Below, piece after piece: positions 12,445 through 26,700 of a stretch of 64,000 nt of DNA; position 1 is the first letter of the stretch, and each line of letters begins with the position of its first letter. The notes beneath the pieces were generated by a model that saw only the letters and a program-made list of their open reading frames with translations, did no database searches and was not told the DNA's origin. The position numbers and the translations under genes are program-made. This DNA is from the human T2T-CHM13v2.0 reference genome, Homo sapiens, in the NCBI RefSeq assembly GCF_009914755.1, contig NC_060943.1. One strand, written 5' to 3'.

Positions 12445-15400
12445 ACTCCTTTGTGATGTGTGCGTTCAACTCACAGAGTTTAACCTTTCTTTTCATAGAG
12501 CAGTTAGGAAACACTCTGTTTGTAAAGTCTGCAAGTGGATATTCAGACATCTTTGAGGCTTTCTTTGGAAACGGGATTTCTTCATATTCTGCTATACAGA
12601 AGAATTCTCAGAAACTTCCTTGTGTTGTGTGTATTCAACTCACAGAGTTCAACGATCGTTTACACAGAGCAGACTTGAGACACTCTTTTTGTGGAATTTG
12701 CAAGTGGAGATTTCAGCCGCTTTGAGGTCAATGGTAGAAAAGGAAATATCTTCATATAAAAAATAGACAGAATGATTCTCAGAAACTCCTTTGTGATGTG
12801 TGCGTTCAACTCACAGAGTTTAACCTTTCTTTTCATAGAGCAGTTAGGAAACACTCTGTTTGTAAAGTCTGCAAGTGGATATTCAGACCTCTTTGAGGCC
12901 TTCGTTGGAAACGGGATTTCTTCATATTATGCTAGACAGAAGAATTCTCAGTAACTTCCTTGTGTTGTGTGTATTCAACTCACAGAGTTGAACGATCCTT
13001 TACACAGAGCAGACTTGAAACACTCTTTTTGTGGAATTTGCAAGTGGAGATTTCAGCCGCTTTGAGGTCAACGGTAGAAAAGGAAATATCTTCGTATAAA
13101 AACTAGACAGAATGATTCTCAGAAACTCCTTTGTGATGTGTGCATTCAACTCACAGTTTATCCTTTCTTTTCATAGAGCAGTTAGGAAACACTCTGTTTT
13201 TAAAGTCTGCAAGTGGATATTCAGACCTCCTTGAGGCCTTCGTTGGAAACGGGATTTCTTCATATTATGCTAGACAGAAGAATTCTCAGTAACTTCCTTG
13301 TGTTGTGTGTATTCAACTCACAGAGTTGAACGATCCTTTACACAGAGCAGACTTGAAACACTCTTTTTGTGGAATTTGCAAGTGGAGATTTCAGCCGCTT
13401 TGAGGTCAATGGTAGAATAGGAAATATCTTCCTATAGAAACTAGACAGAATGATTCTGAGAAACTCCTTTGTGATGTGTGCGTTCAACTCACAGAGTTTA
13501 ACCTTTCTTTTCATAGAGCAGTTAGGAAACACTCTGTTTGTAAAGTCTGCAAGTGGATATTCAGACCTCCTTGAGGCCTTCGTTGGAAACGGGATTTCTT
13601 CATATTATGCTAGACAGAAGAATTCTCAGTAACTTCCTTGTGTTGTGTGTATTCAACTCACAGAGTTGAACGATCCTTTACACAGAGCAGACTTGAAACA
13701 CTCTTTTTGTGGAATTTGCAAGTGGAGATTTCAGCCGCTTTGAGTTCAATGGTAGAATAGGAAATATCTTCCTATAGAAACTAGACAGAATGATTCTCAG
13801 AAACTCCTTTGTGATGTGTGCGTTCAACTCACAGAGTTCAACCTTTCTTTTCATAGAGCAGTTGGGAAACACTCTGTTTGTAAAGTCTGCAAGTGGATAT
13901 TCAGACTTCTTGGAGGCCTTCGTTGGAAGCGGGATTTCTTCATATTCTGCTAGACAGAAGAATTCTCAGTAACTTCCTTGTGTTGTGTGTATTCAACTCA
14001 CAGAGTTGAATGATCCTTTACACAAAACAGACTTGAAACACTCTTGTTGTGGAATTTTCAAGTGGAGATTTCAGCCGCTTTGAGGTCAATGGTAGAATAG
14101 GTAATATCTTCCTATAGAAACTAGACAGAATGATTCTCAGAAACTCCTTTGTGATGTGTGCGTTCAACTCACAGAGTTTAACCTTTCTTTTCATAGAGCA
14201 GTTAGGAAACACTCTGTTTGTAAAGTCTGCAAGTGGATATTCAGACCTCCTTGAGGCCTTCGTTGGAAACGGGATTTCTTCATATTATGCTAGACAGAAG
14301 AATTCTCAGTAACTTCCTTGTGTTGTGTGTATTCAACTCACAGAGTTGAACGATCCTTTACACAAAGCAGACTTGAAACACTCTTTTTGTGGAATTTGCA
14401 AGTGGAGATTTCAGCCGCTTTGAGTTCAATGTTAGAATAGGAAATATCTTCCTATAGAAACTAGACAGAATGATTCTCAGAAACTCCTTTGTGATGTGTG
14501 CGTTCAACTCACAGAGTTCAACCTTTCTTTTCATAGAGCAGTTGGGAAACACTCTGTTTGTAAAGTCTGCAAGTGGATATTCAGACTTCTTTGAGGCCTT
14601 CGTTGGAAGCGGGATTTCTTCATATTCTGCTAGACAGAAGAATTCTCAGTAACTTCCTTGTGTTGTGTGTATTCAACTCACAGAGTTGAACGATCCTTTA
14701 CACAGAGCAGACTTGAAACACTCTTTTTGTGGAATTTGCAAGTGGAGATTTCAGCCGCTTTGAGGTCAATGGTAGAATAGGAAATATCTTCCTATAGAAA
14801 CTAGACAGAATGATTCTCAGAAACTCCTTTGTGATGTGTGCGTTCAACTCACAGAGTTTAACCTTTCTTTTCATAGAGCAGTTAGGAAACCCTCTGTTTG
14901 TAAAGTCTGCAAGTGGATATTCAGACATCCTTGAGGCTTTCGTTGGAAACGGGATTTCTTCATATTCTGCTAGAAAGAAGAATTCTCAGTAACTTCCTTG
15001 TGTTCTGTGTATTCAACTCACAGAGTTGAATGATCCTTTACACAGAACAGTCTTGAAACACTCTTTTTGTGGAATTTGCAAGTGGAGATTTCAGCCGCTT
15101 TGAGGTCAATGGTAGAATAGGAAATATCTTCCTATAGAAACTAGACAGAATGATTCTCAGAAACTCCTTTGTGATGTGTGCGTTCAACTCACAGAGTTTA
15201 ACCTTTCTTTTCATAGAGGAGTTAGGAAAGACTCTGTTTGTAAAGTCTGCAAGTGGATATTCAGACATCTTTGAGGCTATCGTTGGAAATGGGATTTCTT
15301 CATATTCTGCTAGAAAGAAGAATTCTCAGAAACTTCGTTGTGTTGTGTGTTTTCAAATCACAGAGTTCAACGATCCTTTACACAGAGTAGACTTGAAACA

Positions 15401-18400
15401 CTCTTTTTGTGGAATTTGCAAGTGGAGATTTCAGCCTCTTTGAGGTCAACGGTAGAATAGGAAATATCTTCCTATAGAAACTAGACAGAATGATTCTGAG
15501 AAACTCCTTTGTGATGTGTGCGTTCAACTCACAGAGTTTAACCTTTCTTTTCATAGAGCAGTTAGGAAACACTCTGTTTGTAAAGTCTGCAAGTGGATAT
15601 TCAGACATCTTTGAGGCTTTCTTTGGAAACGGGATTTCTTCATATTCTGCTATACAGAAGAATTCTCAGAAACTTCCTTGTGTTGTGTGTATTCAACTCA
15701 CAGAGTTCAACGATCGTTTACACAGAGCAGACTTGAGACACTCTTTTTGTGGAATTTGCAAGTGGAGATTTCAGCCGCTTTGAGGTCAATGGTAGAAAAG
15801 GAAATATCTTCATATAAAAAATAGACAGAATGATTCTCAGAAACTCCTTTGTGATGTGTGCGTTCAACTCACAGAGTTTAACCTTTCTTTTCATAGAGCA
15901 GTTAGGAAACACTCTGTTTGTAAAGTCTGCAAGTGGATATTCAGACCTCTTTGAGGCCTTCGTTGGAAACGGGATTTCTTCATATTATGCTAGACAGAAG
16001 AATTCTCAGTAACTTCCTTGTGTTGTGTGTATTCAACTCACAGAGTTGAACGATCCTTTACACAGAGCAGACTTGAAACACTCTTTTTGTGGAATTTGCA
16101 AGTGGAGATTTCAGCCGCTTTGAGGTCAATGGTAGAAAAGGAAATATCTTCGTATAAAAACTAGACAGAATGATTCTCAGAAACTCCTTTGTGATGTGTG
16201 CATTCAACTCACAGTTTATCCTTTCTTTTCATAGAGCAGTTAGGAAACACTCTGTTTTTAAAGTCTGCAAGTGGATATTCAGACCTCCTTGAGGCCTTCG
16301 TTGGAAACGGGATTTCTTCATATTATGCTAGACAGAAGAATTCTCAGTAACTTCCTTGTGTTGTGTGTATTCAACTCACAGAGTTGAACGATCCTTTACA
16401 CAGAGCAGACTTGAAACACTCTTTTTGTGGAATTTGCAAGTGGAGATTTCAGCCGCTTTGAGGTCAATGGTAGAATAGGAAATATCTTCCTATAGAAACT
16501 AGACAGAATGATTCTGAGAAACTCCTTTGTGATGTGTGCGTTCAACTCACAGAGTTTAACCTTTCTTTTCATAGAGCAGTTAGGAAACACTCTGTTTGTA
16601 AAGTCTGCAAGTGGATATTCAGACCTCCTTGAGGCCTTCGTTGGAAACGGGATTTCTTCATATTATGCTAGACAGAAGAATTCTCAGTAACTTCCTTGTG
16701 TTGTGTGTATTCAACTCACAGAGTTGAACGATCCTTTACACAGAGCAGACTTGAAACACTCTTTTTGTGGAATTTGCAAGTGGAGATTTCAGCCGCTTTG
16801 AGTTCAATGGTAGAATAGGAAATATCTTCCTATAGAAACTAGACAGAATGATTCTCAGAAACTCCTTTGTGATGTGTGCGTTCAACTCACAGAGTTCAAC
16901 CTTTCTTTTCATAGAGCAGTTGGGAAACACTCTGTTTGTAAAGTCTGCAAGTGGATATTCAGACTTCTTGGAGGCCTTCGTTGGAAGCGGGATTTCTTCA
17001 TATTCTGCTAGACAGAAGAATTCTCAGTAACTTCCTTGTGTTGTGTGTATTCAACTCACAGAGTTGAATGATCCTTTACACAAAACAGACTTGAAACACT
17101 CTTGTTGTGGAATTTTCAAGTGGAGATTTCAGCCGCTTTGAGGTCAACGGTAGAATAGGTAATATCTTCCTATAGAAACTAGACAGAATGATTCTCAGAA
17201 ACTCCTTTGTGATGTGTGCGTTCAACTCACAGAGTTTAACCTTTCTTTTCATAGAGCAGTTAGGAAACACTCTGTTTGTAAAGTCTGCAAGTGGATATTC
17301 AGACCTCCTTGAGGCCTTCGTTGGAAACGGGATTTCTTCATATTATGCTAGACAGAAGAATTCTCAGTAACTTCCTTGTGTTGTGTGTATTCAACTCACA
17401 GAGTTGAACGATCCTTTACACAAAGCAGACTTGAAACACTCTTTTTGTGGAATTTGCAAGTGGAGATTTCAGCCGCTTTGAGTTCAATGTTAGAATAGGA
17501 AATATCTTCCTATAGAAACTAGACAGAATGATTCTCAGAAACTCCTTTGTGATGTGTGCGTTCAACTCACAGAGTTCAACCTTTCTTTTCATAGAGCAGT
17601 TGGGAAACACTCTGTTTGTAAAGTCTGCAAGTGGATATTCAGACTTCTTTGAGGCCTTCGTTGGAAGCGGGATTTCTTCATATTCTGCTAGACAGAAGAA
17701 TTCTCAGTAACTTCCTTGTGTTGTGTGTATTCAACTCACAGAGTTGAACGATCCTTTACACAGAGCAGACTTGAAACACTCTTTTTGTGGAATTTGCAAG
17801 TGGAGATTTCAGCCGCTTTGAGGTCAATGGTAGAATAGGAAATATCTTCCTATAGAAACTAGACAGAATGATTCTCAGAAACTCCTTTGTGATGTGTGCG
17901 TTCAACTCACAGAGTTTAACCTTTCTTTTCATAGAGCAGTTAGGAAACCCTCTGTTTGTAAAGTCTGCAAGTGGATATTCAGACATCCTTGAGGCTTTCG
18001 TTGGAAACGGGATTTCTTCATATTCTGCTAGAAAGAAGAATTCTCAGTAACTTCCTTGTGTTCTGTGTATTCAACTCACAGAGTTGAATGATCCTTTACA
18101 CAGAACAGTCTTGAAACACTCTTTTTGTGGAATTTGCAAGTGGAGATTTCAGCCGCTTTGAGGTCAATGGTAGAATAGGAAATATCTTCCTGTAGAAAGT
18201 AGACAGAATGATTCTCAGAAACTCCTTTGTGATGTGTGCGTTCAACTCACAGAGTTTAACCTTTCTTTTCATAGAGGAGTTAGGAAAGACTCTGTTTGTA
18301 AAGTCTGCAAGTGGATATTCAGACATCTTTGAGGCTATCGTTGGAAACGGGATTTCTTCATATTCTGCTAGACAGAAGAATTCTCAGAAACTTCGTTGTG

Positions 18401-18670
18401 TTGTGTGTTTTCAAATCACAGAGTTCAACGATCCTTTACACAGAGTAGACTTGAAACACTCTTTTTGTGGAATTTGCAAGTGGAGATTTCAGCCTCTTTG
18501 AGGTCAACGGTAGAATAGGAAATATCTTCCTATAGAAACTAGACAGAATGATTCTGAGAAACTCCTTTGTGATGTGTGCGTTCAACTCACAGAGTTTAAC
18601 CTTTCTTTTCATAGAGCAGTTAGGAAACACTCTGTTTGTAAAGTCTGCAAGTGGATATTCAGACATCTTT
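12445..18670 (+). repeat. Tandem duplication of a 3058-bp unit (9 dimers minus 2 bp; 18-mer)
   Basis: ORF pairs are offset by 3058: 12432/15490, 13450/16508, 13790/16848, 14810/17868, 15150/18208. They share a 2-bp deletion and many private SNPs. Confidence 0.93.
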
Positions 18671-21600
18671 GTGGCTTTCGTTGGAAACTGGATTTCTTCA
18701 TATTCTGCTATACAGAAGAATTCTCAGAAACTTCCTTGTGTTGTGTGTATTCAACTCACAGAGTTGAACGATCATTTACACAGAGCAGACTTGAGACACT
18801 CTTTTTGTGGAATTTGTAAGTGGACATTTCAGCCGCTTTGAGGTCAATGGTAGAAAAGGAAATATCTTCATATAAAAACTAGACAGAATGATTCTCAGAA
18901 ACTCCTTTGTGATGTGTGCCTTCAACTCACAGAGTTTAACCTTTCTTTTCATAGAGCAGTTAGGAAACACTCTGTTTGTAAAGTCTGCAAGTGGATATTC
19001 ACACCTCTTTGAGGCCTTCGTTGGAAACGGGATTTCTTCATATTATGCTAGACAGAAGAATTCTCAGTAACTTCCTTGTGTTGTGTGTATTCAACTCACA
19101 GAGTTGAACGATCCTTTACACAGAGCAGACTTGAAACACTCTTTTTGTGGAATTTGCAAGTGGAGATTTCAGCCGCTTTGAGGTCAATGGTAGAAAAGGA
19201 AATATCTTCCTATAGAAACTAGACAGAATGATTCTCAGAAACTCCTTTGTGATGTGTGCGTTCAACTCACAGAGTTCAACCTTTCTTTTCATAGAGCAGT
19301 TGGGAAACACTCTGTTTGTAAAGTCTGCAAGTGGATATTCAGACTTCTTTGAGGCCTTCGTTGGAAGCGGGATTTCTTCATATTCTTCTAGACAGAAGAA
19401 TTCTCAGTAACTTCCTTGTGTTGTGTGTATTCAACTCACAGAGTTGAATGATCCTTTACACAGAACAGACTTGAATCACTCTTGTTGTGGAATTTTCAAG
19501 TGGAGATTTCAGCCGCTTTGTGGTCAACGGTAGAATAGGTAATATCTTCCTATAGAAACTAGACAGAATGATTCTCAGAAACTCCTTTGTGATGTGTGCG
19601 TTCAACTCACAGAGTTTAACCTTTCTTTTCATAGAGCAGTTAGGAAACACTCTGTTTGTAAAGTCTGCAAGTGGATATTCAGACCTCCTTGAGGCCGTCG
19701 TTGGAAACGGGATTTCTTCATATTATGCTAGACAGAAGAATTCTCAGTAACTTCCTTGTGTTGTGTGTATTCAACTCACAGAGTTGAACGATCCTTTACA
19801 CAGAGCAGACTTGAGACACTCTTTTTGTGGAATTTGCCAGTGGAGATTTCAGCCGCTTTGAGGTCAATGGTAGAATAGGAAATATCTTCCTATAGAAACT
19901 AGACAGAATGATTCTCAGAAACTCCTTTGTGATGTGTGCGTTCAACTCACAGAGTTTAACCTTTCTTTTCATAGAGCAGTTAGGAAACACTCTGTTTGTA
20001 AAGTCTGCAAGTGGATATTCAGAAATCCTTGAGGCTTTCGTTGGAAACGGGATTTCTTCATATTCTGCTAGAAAGAAGAATTCTCAGTAACTTCCTTGTG
20101 TTGTGTGTATTCAACTCACAGATTTGAATGATCCTTTACACAGAACAGTCTTGAAACACTCTTTTTGTGGAATTTGCAAGTGGAGATTTCAGCCGCTTTG
20201 AGGTCAATGGTACAATAGGAAATATCTTCCTATAGAAACTAGACAGAATGATTCTCAGAAACTCCTTTGTGATGTGTGCGTTCAACTCACAGAGTTTAAC
20301 CTTTCTTTTCATAGAGCAGTTAGGAAACACTCTGTTTGTAAAGTCTGCAAGTGGATATTCAGACATCTTTGAGGCTTTCGTTGGAAACGGGATTTCTTCA
20401 TATTCTGCTAGACAGAAGAATTCTCAGAAACTTCGTTGTGTTGTGTGTTTTCAAATCACAGAGTTCAACGATCCTTTACACAGAGTAGACTTGAAACACT
20501 CTTTTTGTGGAATTGGCAGGGTGGAGATTTCAGCCGCTTTGAGGTCAATGGTAGAAAAGGAAATATCTTCGTATAAAAACTAGACAGAGTGATTTTCAGA
20601 AACTCCTTTGTGATGTCTGCGTTCAACTCACAGAGTTTAACCTTTCTTTTCATAGAGCAGTTAGGAAACACTCTGTTTGTAAAGTCTGCAAGTGGATATT
20701 CAGACCTCCTTGAGGCCTTCGTTGGAAACGCGATTTCTACATATTATGCTAGACAGAAGAATTCTCAGTAACTTCCTTGTGTTGTGTGTATTCAACTCAA
20801 AGAGTTGAACGATCCTTTACACAGAGCAGACTTGAAACACTCTTTTTGTGGAATTTGCAAGTGGAGATTTCAGCCTCTTTGAGGTCAATGGTAGAATAGG
20901 AAATATCTTCCTATAGAAACTAGACAGAATGATTCTGAGAAACTCCTTTGTGATGTGTGCGTTCAACTCACAGAGTTTAACCTTTCTTCTCATAGAGCAG
21001 TTAGGAAACACTCTGTTTGTAAAGTCTGCAAGTGGATATTCAGACCTCCTTGAGGCCTTCGTTGGAAACGGGATTTCTTCATATTATGCTAGACAGAAGA
21101 ATTGTCAGTAACTTCCTTGTGTTGTGTGTATTCAACTCACAGAGTTGAACGATCCTTTACACAGAGCAGACTTGAAACACTCTTTTTGTGGAATTTGCAA
21201 GTGGAGATTTCAGCCGCTTTGAGGTCAATGGTAGAAAAGGAAATATCTTCCTATAGAAACTAGACAGAATGATTCTCAGAAACTCCTTTGTGATGTGTGC
21301 GTTCAACTCACAGAGTTCAACCTTTCTTTTCATAGAGCAGTTGGGAAACACTCTGTTTGTAAAGTCTGCAAGTGGATATTCAGACTTCTTTGAGGCCTTC
21401 GTTGGAAGCGGGATTTCTTCATATTCTGCTAGACAGAAGAATTCTCAGTAACTTCCTTGTGTTGTGTGTATTCAACTCACAGAGTTGAATGATCCTTTAC
21501 ACAGAACAGACTTGAATCACTCTTGTTGTGGAATTTTCAAGTGGAGATTTCAGCCGCTTTGTGGTCAAAGGTAGAATAGGTAATATCTTCCTATAGAAAC

Positions 21601-23759
21601 TAGACAGAATGATTCTCAGAAACTCCTTTGTGATGTGTGCGTTCAACTCACAGAGTTTAACCTTTCTTTTCATAGAGCAGTTAGGAAACACTCTGTTTGT
21701 AAAGTCTGCAAGTGGATATTCAGACCTCCTTGAGGCCTTCGTTGGAAACGGGATTTCTTCATATTATGCTAGACAGAAGAATTCTCAGTAACTTCCTTGT
21801 GTTGTGTGTATTCAACTCACAGAGTTGAACGATCCTTTACACAGAGCAGACTTGAAACACTCTTTTTGTGGAATTTGCAAGTGGAGATTTCAGCCGCTTT
21901 GAGGTCAATGGTAGAATAGGAAATATCTTCCTATAGAAACTAGACAGAATGATTCTCTGAAACTCCTTTGTGATGTGTGCGTTCAACTCACAGAGTTTAA
22001 CCTTTCTTTTCATAGAGCAGTTAGGAAACACTCTGTTTGTAAAGTCTGCAAGTGGATATTCAGACATCCTTGAGGCTTTCGTTGGAAACGGGATTTCTTC
22101 ATATTCTGCTAGAAAGAAGAATTCTCAGTAACTTCCTTGTGTTGTGTGTATTCAACTCACAGAGTTGAACGATCCTTTACACATAGCAGACTTGAAACAC
22201 TCTTTTTGTGGAATTTGCAAGTGGAGATTTCAGCCGCTGTGAGGTCAATGGTAGAATAGGAAATATCTTCCTATAGAAACTAGACAGAATGATTCTCAGA
22301 AACTCCTTTGTGATGTGTGCGTTCAACTCACAGAGTTTAACCTTTCTTTTCATAGAGCAGTTAGGAAACACTCTGTTTGTAAAGTCTGCAAGTGGATATT
22401 CAGACATCTTTGAGGCCTTCGTTGGAAACGGGATTTCTTCATGTTCTGCTAGACAGAAGAATTCTCAGAAACTTCCTTGTGTTGTGTGTTTTCAACTCAC
22501 AGAGTTGAACGATGCTTTACACAGAGTAGACTTGAAACACTCTTTTTGTGTAATTTGCAAGTGGAGATTTCAGCCGCTTTGAGGTCAATGGTAGAAAAGG
22601 AAATATCTTCGTATAAAAACTAGACAGAATGATTCTCAGAAACTCCTTTGTGATGTGTGCGTTCACCTCACAGAGTTTAACCTTTCTTTTCATAGAGCAG
22701 TTAGGAAACACTCTGTTTGTAAAGTCTGCAAGTGGATATTCAGACCTCTTTGAGGCCTTCTTTGGAAACGGGATTTCTTCATATTCTGCTAGAGAGAAGA
22801 ATTCTCAGTAACTTCATTGTGTTGTGTGTATTCAACTCACAGATTTCAACGATCCTTTACACAGAGCAGACTTGAAACACTCTTTTTGTGGAATTTGCAA
22901 GTGGAGATTTCAGCCGCTTTGAGGTCAATGGTAGAATAGGAAATATCTTCCTATAGAAACTAGACAGAATGATTCTCAGAAACTCCTTTGTGATGTGTGC
23001 GTTCAACTCACAGAGTTTAACCTTTCTTTTCATAGAGCAGTTAGGAAACACTCTGTTTGTAAAGTCTGCAAGTGGATATTCAGACCTCCTTGGGGCCTTC
23101 GTTGGAAACGGGATTTCTTCATATTATGCTAGACAGAAGAATTCTCAGTAACTTCCTTGTGTTGTGTGTATTCAACTCACAGAGTTGAACGATCCTTTAC
23201 ACAGAGCAGACTTGAAACACTCTTTTTGTGGAATTTGCAAGTGGAGATTTCAGCCGCTTTGAGGTCAATGGTAGAATAGGAATTATCTTCCTATAGAAAC
23301 TAGACAGAATGATTCTCAGAAACTCCTTTGTGATGTGTGCGTTCAACTCACAGAGTTCAACCTTTCTTTTCATAGAGCAGTTGGGAAACACTCTGTTTGT
23401 AAAGTCTGCAAGTGGATATTCAGACTTCTTTGAGGCCTTCGTTGGAAGCGGGATTTCTTCATATTCTGCTAGACAGAAGAATTCTCAGTAACTTCCTTGT
23501 GTTGTGTGTAATCAACTCACAGAGTTGAACGATCCTTTACACAGAGCAGACTTGAAACACTCTTTTTGTGGAATTTGCAAGTGGAGATTTCAGCCGCTTT
23601 GAGGTCAATGGAAGAATAGGAAATATCTTCCTATAGAAACTAGACAGAATGATTCTCAGAAACTCCTTTGTGATGTGTGCGTTCAACTCACAGAGTTTAA
23701 CCTTTCTTTTCATAGAGCAGTTAGGAAACACTCTGTTTGTAAAGTCTGCAAGTGGATAT

Positions 23760-26700
23760 TCAGACCTCCTTGAGGCCTTCGTTGGAAAAGGGATTTCTTC
23801 ATATTCTGCTATACAGAAGAATTCTCAGAAACTTCCTTGTGTTGTGTGTATTCAACTCAAAGAGTTGAACGATCGTTTACACAGAGCAGACTTGAGACAC
23901 TCTTTTTGTGGAATTTGTAAGTGGAGATTTCAGCCGCTTTGAGGTCAATGGTAGAAAAGGAAATATCTTCATATAAAAACTAGACAGAATGATTCTCAGA
24001 AACTCCTTTGTGATGTGTGCGTTCAACTCACAGAGTTTAACCTTTCTTTTCATAGAGCAGTTAGGAAACACTCTGTTTGTAAAGTCTGCAAGTGGATATT
24101 CAGACCTCTTTGAGGCCTTCGTTGGAAACGGGATTTCTTCATATTATGCTAGACAGAAGAATTCTCAGTAACTTCCTTGTGTTGTGTGTATTCAACTCAC
24201 AGAGTTGAACGATCCTTTACACAGAGCAGACTTGAAACACTCTTTTTGTGGAAATTGCAAGTGGAGATTTCAGCCGCTTTGAGGTCAATGATAGAAAAGG
24301 AAATATCTTCGTATAAAAACTAGACAGAATGATTCTCAGAAACTCCTTTGTGATGTGTGCGTTCAACTCACAGAGTTTAACCTTTTTTTTCATAGAGCAG
24401 TTAGGAAACACTCTGTTTGTAAAGTCTGCAAGTGGATATTCAGACCTCCTTGAGGCCTTCGTTGGAAACGGGATTTCTTCATATTATGCTAGACAGAAGA
24501 ATTGTCAGTAACTTCCTTGTGTTGTGTGTATTCAACTCACAGAGTTGAACGATCCTTTACACAGAGCAGACTTGAAACACTCTTTTTGTGGAATTTGCAA
24601 GTGGAGATTTCAGCCGCTTTGAGGTCAATGGTAGAATAGGAAATATCTTCCTATAGAAACTAGACAGAATGATTCTGAGAAACTCCTTTGTGATGTGTGC
24701 GTTCAACTCACAGAGTTTAACCTTTCTTTTCATAGAGCAGTTAGGAAACACTCTGTTTGTAAAGTCTGCAAGTGGATATTCAGATCTCCTTGAGGCCTTC
24801 GTTGGAAACGGGATTTCTTCATATTATGCTAGACAGAAGAATTCTCAGTAACTTCCTTGTGTTGTGTGTATTCAACTCACAGAGTTGAACGATCCTTTAC
24901 ACAGAGCAGACTTGAAACACTCTTTTTGTGGAATTTGCAACTGGAGATTTCAGCCGCTTTGTGGTCAATGGTAGAATAGGAAATATCTTCCTATAGAAAC
25001 TAGACAGAATGATTCTCAGAAACTCCTTTGTGATGTGTGCGTTCAACTCACAGAGTTTAACCTTTCTTTTCATAGAGCAGTTAGGAAACACTCTGTTTGT
25101 AAAGTCTGCAAGTGGATATTCAGACATCTTTGAGGCCTTCGTTGGAAACGGGATTTCTTCATGTTCTGCTAGACAGAAGAATTCTCAGAAACTTCCTTGT
25201 GTTGTGTGTTTTCAACTCACAGAGTTGAACGATGCTTTACACAGAGTAGACTTGAAACACTCTTTTTGTGTAATTTGCAAGTGGAGATTTCAGCCGCTTT
25301 GAGGTCAATTCTAGAAAAGGAAATATCTTCGTATAAAAACTAGACAGAATGATTCTCAGAAACTCCTTTGTGATGTGTGCGTTCAACTCACAGAGTTTAA
25401 CCTTTCTTTTCATAGAGCAGTTAGGAAACACTCTGTTTGTAAAGTCTGCAAGTGGATATTCAGACCTCTTTGAGGCCTTCTTTGGAAACGGGATTTCTTC
25501 ATATTCTGCTAGAGAGAAGAATTCTCAGTAACTTCATTGTGTTGTGTGTATTCAACTCACAGATTTCAACGATCCTTTACACAGAGCAGACTTGAAACAC
25601 TCTTTTTCTGGAATTTGCAAGGGTAGATTTCAGCCGCTTTGAGGTCAATGGTAGAATAGGAAATATCTTCCTATAGAAACTAGACAGAATGATTCTCAGA
25701 AACTCCTTTGTGATGTGTGCGTTCAACTCACAGAGTTTAACCTTTCTTTTCATAGAGCAGTTAGGAAACACTCTGTTTGTAAAGTCTGCAAGTGGATATT
25801 CAGACATCTTTGAGGCTTTCGTTGGAAACGGGATTTCTTCATATTCTGCTAGACAGAAGAATTCTCAGAAACTTCGTTGTGTTGCGTGTTCTCAACTCAC
25901 AGAGTTCAACGATCCTTCACACAGAGTAGACTTGAAACACTCTTTTTGTGGAATTGGCAGGATGGAGATTTCAGCCGCTTTGAGGTCAATGGTAGAAAAG
26001 GAAATATCTTCGTATAAAAACTAGACAGAGTGATTCTCAGAAACTCCTTTGTGATGTCTGCGTTCAACTCACAGAGTTTAACCTTTCTTTTCATAGAGCA
26101 GTTAGGACACACTCTGTTTGTAAAGTCTGCAAGTGGATATTCAGACATCTTTGAGGCCTTCGTTGGAAACGGGATTTCTTCATGTTCTGCTAGACAGAAG
26201 AATTCTCAGAAACTTCCTTGTGTTGTGTGTTTTCAACTCACAGAGTTGAACGATGCTTTACACAGAGTAGACTTGAAACACTCTTTTTGTGTAATTTGCA
26301 AGTGGAGATTTCAGCCGCTTTGAGGTCAATTCTAGAAAAGGAAATATCTTCGTATAAAAACTAGACAGAATGATTCTCAGAAACTCCTTTGTGATGTGTG
26401 CGTTCAACTCACAGAGTTTAACCTTTCTTTTCATAGAGCAGTTAGGAAACACTCTGTTTGTAAAGTCTGCAAGTGGATATTCAGACCTCCTTGAGTCCTT
26501 CGTTGGAAAAGGGATTTCTTCATATTCTGCTATACAGAAGAATTCTCAGAAACTTCCTTGTGTTGTGTGTATTCAACTCAAAGAGTTGAACGATCGTTTA
26601 CACAGAGCAGACTTGAGACACTCTTTTTGTGGAATTTGTAAGTGGAGATTTCAGCCGCTTTGAGGTCAATGGTAGAAAAGGAAATATCTTCATATAAAAA

